Assembly: GCA_964016885.1 (NCBI GenBank)
Contig: OZ024751.1
Span: 49,972,001 to 50,036,000, forward strand
Direction: 5' to 3'
DNA: 64,000 nucleotides
DNA from: Eledone cirrhosa
Taxonomy: Eukaryota
Shown here: in pieces, positions 61,747-64,000 of the stretch
Numbering within the stretch: position 1 is the stretch's first letter
Layout of the letters: every line of letters starts with the position of its first letter
Position numbers and translations under genes: made by a program
Notes under the pieces: generated by a model
Databases searched by the model: none
The model's input: only the letters and a program-made list of their open reading frames with translations
What the model was told of the DNA's origin: nothing

Positions 61747-64000
61747 GAATGCCATGGTTGACGGAGGCTCGGCTCTGTAAGGTATAGTAATTTTTAACCG
61801 TTAAAACAATTGTAAATTGTTTAAAACTTGAACCAAATTGTTGATAAAGACACCCTCCTCCTCGTGAGAGGGGTCTTTCTGTCCGTTATTTGGCCCTTCG
61901 GGGTTAAATAACCAGTTATTGGGGTTTTGTACCCAATATTCATTTTAAACAAAAAACAACATGGCTACGAAAAAGAAATTTCATACGTCACTCCCACTCA
62001 TTCCGTCTTCTTCTTCCTCAATCATCACTACAGCAGAGAGAAGATTGTCTCTCTCCCTCCCTTCTTTAAATGTGTCTCTCTCCCTCCCTTCTCTTTCGCA
62101 AGCGACGAAAGAAAAGAAAAGTCTCGTGCAAAGCGTGCAAGGTTTCTCCACGACGACGACGACAGCGACGAAACAGGTGTGCGGGAAATACGAAAACCCA
62201 GTTCATTCGTCTGACGTCAGGAATAATAGCAGTAGCAGCCGTAATAACAACAGCAACAGTGACAATGAAAACAACAGTAGCAGCCGCAACAGCATCACCA
62301 GCAGCATAAACAACAACAGCATTAGCAGCAGCAACACCAACAACAACCACAGCAACAGCGGCGGAGGCAGTAGTCGTAGTACCTGCAGCAACAACAAAAG
62401 TACCAGCAGCTCTGACGACAACAACAACAGCAGAGAAAAACCAATCTCATTTGCAGGTATTGCGAAAAACTTGGAAACAATCCTCATAACAAATGAGGAA
62501 TTAGAGGAAGCGAAGAAGATGGTGACAAAGAACGGACACCGAGCAATCTGCAAGGCAGCGAAAAATTTTTTCGAAACCCAAGAGCACTGTACGGTCACGT
62601 ACCGTACAGTAAGTACAAAATCCCGTAGGGTGGAAAGAGCCACAGAGGCCCAAATACAAAAAGCCTTGGGGTCTGTGTGGCAGAGGAAAACGCACATCAC
62701 CCGAGGCAAAAAATACGCCACCGTAGACGTACTTTTTGCCACACCCCAGGAGGCAAAGGCCCAATCAGTAGTGACCCTAAGGAGCGAGGAAATGGTGTTG
62801 GTGCCCTCCTACTGCGGGCAAAAAATTGTGAGGGTCAAACTGACCCACGTCCCCCCCGGAATGACCCCTTCTTGGCTGGCCGCGTCTGTCCTCGTCGGAA
62901 TCGAGGACAAAACAACTGTACTGCAAGTACAGAAAAAAGTAAGAGAAGATTGGGTCGGCTCCTCCATTGAGATGCTAATCCAAACCAACCAGGAGTGCAT
63001 CGAAGCTATCCCGGATGTGATAGACTTCGATAACGGCACTCAACTGCCCATAAGTGTTGAGGGCAAACGCCCGAAATGCTTTCGCTGTGGATCGAAGACT
63101 CACCTCAGGGCCTTCTGCAACGAGAAGACCCTGAGAAAGGAGAAAACCCCCCTCCTCCCGAATCCGGTTCCACGGCTACCAGCAACAGGACAAGCGGCAA
63201 CCAGGAACGATAGGTCCGTGGCACCCATACCCACTCCACGGAAATCAAAGACAGCAGCAGCAGTGGAAATATTAACAACAACAACAGCAATACCAAATGC
63301 AGCTGCAACAGAGACTCCAGTGCAAACATCACCAACAACAACAAGTGAAAGAGTGGAGCTGGTACCCCTCCCCGACCTTACAGAATCAGACATGGAGTGT
63401 GAGGTGGGAGAGGGATGGCAAAAGGTCTCAAGAAGGCACAAACGCAGAAGCAGCGCATCGTCGCCTTTGAAAAGGGAGGAAAGAAATGAGAAAAGGGTAA
63501 AGTCTACTGCAAAGAGACCCACAGCAGCAACACCACCAACACCATCACCACCCACACCAGCACCACCATCACCACCGGCGACAACCCCACCGCCAACAAC
63601 ACCTTCAACACCACCACCACAAGCACCAACATCGCAAACACAACAACAAAACACACACACCCAGCAACAACGACAAGAAAATAGCAGAACCACACCCCAC
63701 CCCCAGAAAAACAAATGCACGGCAATAAACACACACAACAAGAAACTAATGACTTACATAATTGAACACACAGACATTTCACAACAGGACTACATAATAC
63801 CAGCACCAATCAAAACGCCAACTAACATAAGACTGCTAAAAATAGCACAGAAACAATACACAAACATTAAAACGAAATTCCCCAACGCAGTTGGTGATTT
63901 CAGGGACCTAGGAGGAACCATTAATCGAAGAGTATATTCAGACATTCTCTTAGAAGAGCCGACGACCAGCCGAAGGGACGATTCAACGGTCCCTTCACCA
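61747..64000 (+). mobile_element. Tx1-like element, copy 11 (cut by the window end)
   Basis: 5' leader and most of ORF1 match the other copies. Confidence 0.9.
61961..64000 (+). CDS. ORF1p, partial (open to the window end)
   Basis: ATGGCTACG at 61961. Missing from the ORF track only because the stop lies outside the window. Confidence 0.87.
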   Translation, partial: MATKKKFHTSLPLIPSSSSSIITTAERRLSLSLPSLNVSLSLPSLSQATKEKKSLVQSVQGFSTTTTTATKQVCGKYENPVHSSDVRNNSSSSRNNNSNSDNENNSSSRNSITSSINNNSISSSNTNNNHSNSGGGSSRSTCSNNKSTSSSDDNNNSREKPISFAGIAKNLETILITNEELEEAKKMVTKNGHRAICKAAKNFFETQEHCTVTYRTVSTKSRRVERATEAQIQKALGSVWQRKTHITRGKKYATVDVLFATPQEAKAQSVVTLRSEEMVLVPSYCGQKIVRVKLTHVPPGMTPSWLAASVLVGIEDKTTVLQVQKKVREDWVGSSIEMLIQTNQECIEAIPDVIDFDNGTQLPISVEGKRPKCFRCGSKTHLRAFCNEKTLRKEKTPLLPNPVPRLPATGQAATRNDRSVAPIPTPRKSKTAAAVEILTTTTAIPNAAATETPVQTSPTTTSERVELVPLPDLTESDMECEVGEGWQKVSRRHKRRSSASSPLKREERNEKRVKSTAKRPTAATPPTPSPPTPAPPSPPATTPPPTTPSTPPPQAPTSQTQQQNTHTQQQRQENSRTTPHPQKNKCTAINTHNKKLMTYIIEHTDISQQDYIIPAPIKTPTNIRLLKIAQKQYTNIKTKFPNAVGDFRDLGGTINRRVYSDILLEEPTTSRRDDSTVPSP

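Larger units (their letters stand above)
1089..64000 (+). repeat. Head-to-tail tandem array of a Tx1-like LINE, period 6061-6074 bp, at least 10.4 copies, running off the window end
   Basis: The unit start motif GAATGCCATGG recurs at 1089, 7150, 13215, 19279, 25348, 31412, 37477, 43538, 49612, 55676 and 61747. ORF1 and ORF2 translations are near-identical between units. Confidence 0.98.

Noticed and set aside
1089-64000. HeT-A/TART-like telomere-elongating array
   Set aside because: Not supported: the elements' 5' ends face the non-array flank, the opposite of the polarity expected if copies were added to a chromosome end lying to the right, and no telomeric repeats are visible.
1089-64000. 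LTR or DIRS retrotransposon, or CRISPR-like repeat-spacer array
   Set aside because: No integrase, tyrosine recombinase, protease or RNase H, and the ORF2 is of APE-RT type. Linkers are microsatellite variants, not unique spacers.

Overview
Eukaryotic (animal-like) genomic DNA. The first ~1.09 kb is AT-rich, microsatellite-rich flank containing (TA)n, (TTC)31 and an ATT/ATC tract. The remaining ~62.9 kb is one uninterrupted head-to-tail array of a ~6.06 kb non-LTR retrotransposon of the L1 group, most similar to the Tx1 clade: 10 complete copies plus an 11th cut by the window end, all on the + strand. Each unit has a structured ~214-nt 5' leader, ORF1 (~698 aa, single CCHC knuckle), a 35-nt inter-ORF spacer, ORF2 (1139 aa, APE endonuclease + RT with YADD + C-terminal CCHC), and a ~260-nt U-rich 3' UTR ending AATAAAGAAA with no poly(A). 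Units are joined by a 35-46 nt ATT/ATC microsatellite linker that also occurs in longer form at the left flank. Every copy is full length and near-identical; 8 of 10 ORF2s are intact, and copies 3 and 9 share a W150-stop. The most notable points are the array itself and its target/linker logic, a possible 53-nt intron that would fuse ORF1 to ORF2 in frame, a hairpin-rich leader with a cUUCGg tetraloop, and mosaic (recombinant) variant patterns among copies. The right end of the array is not visible, so the exact element termini and any target-site duplication cannot be fixed.
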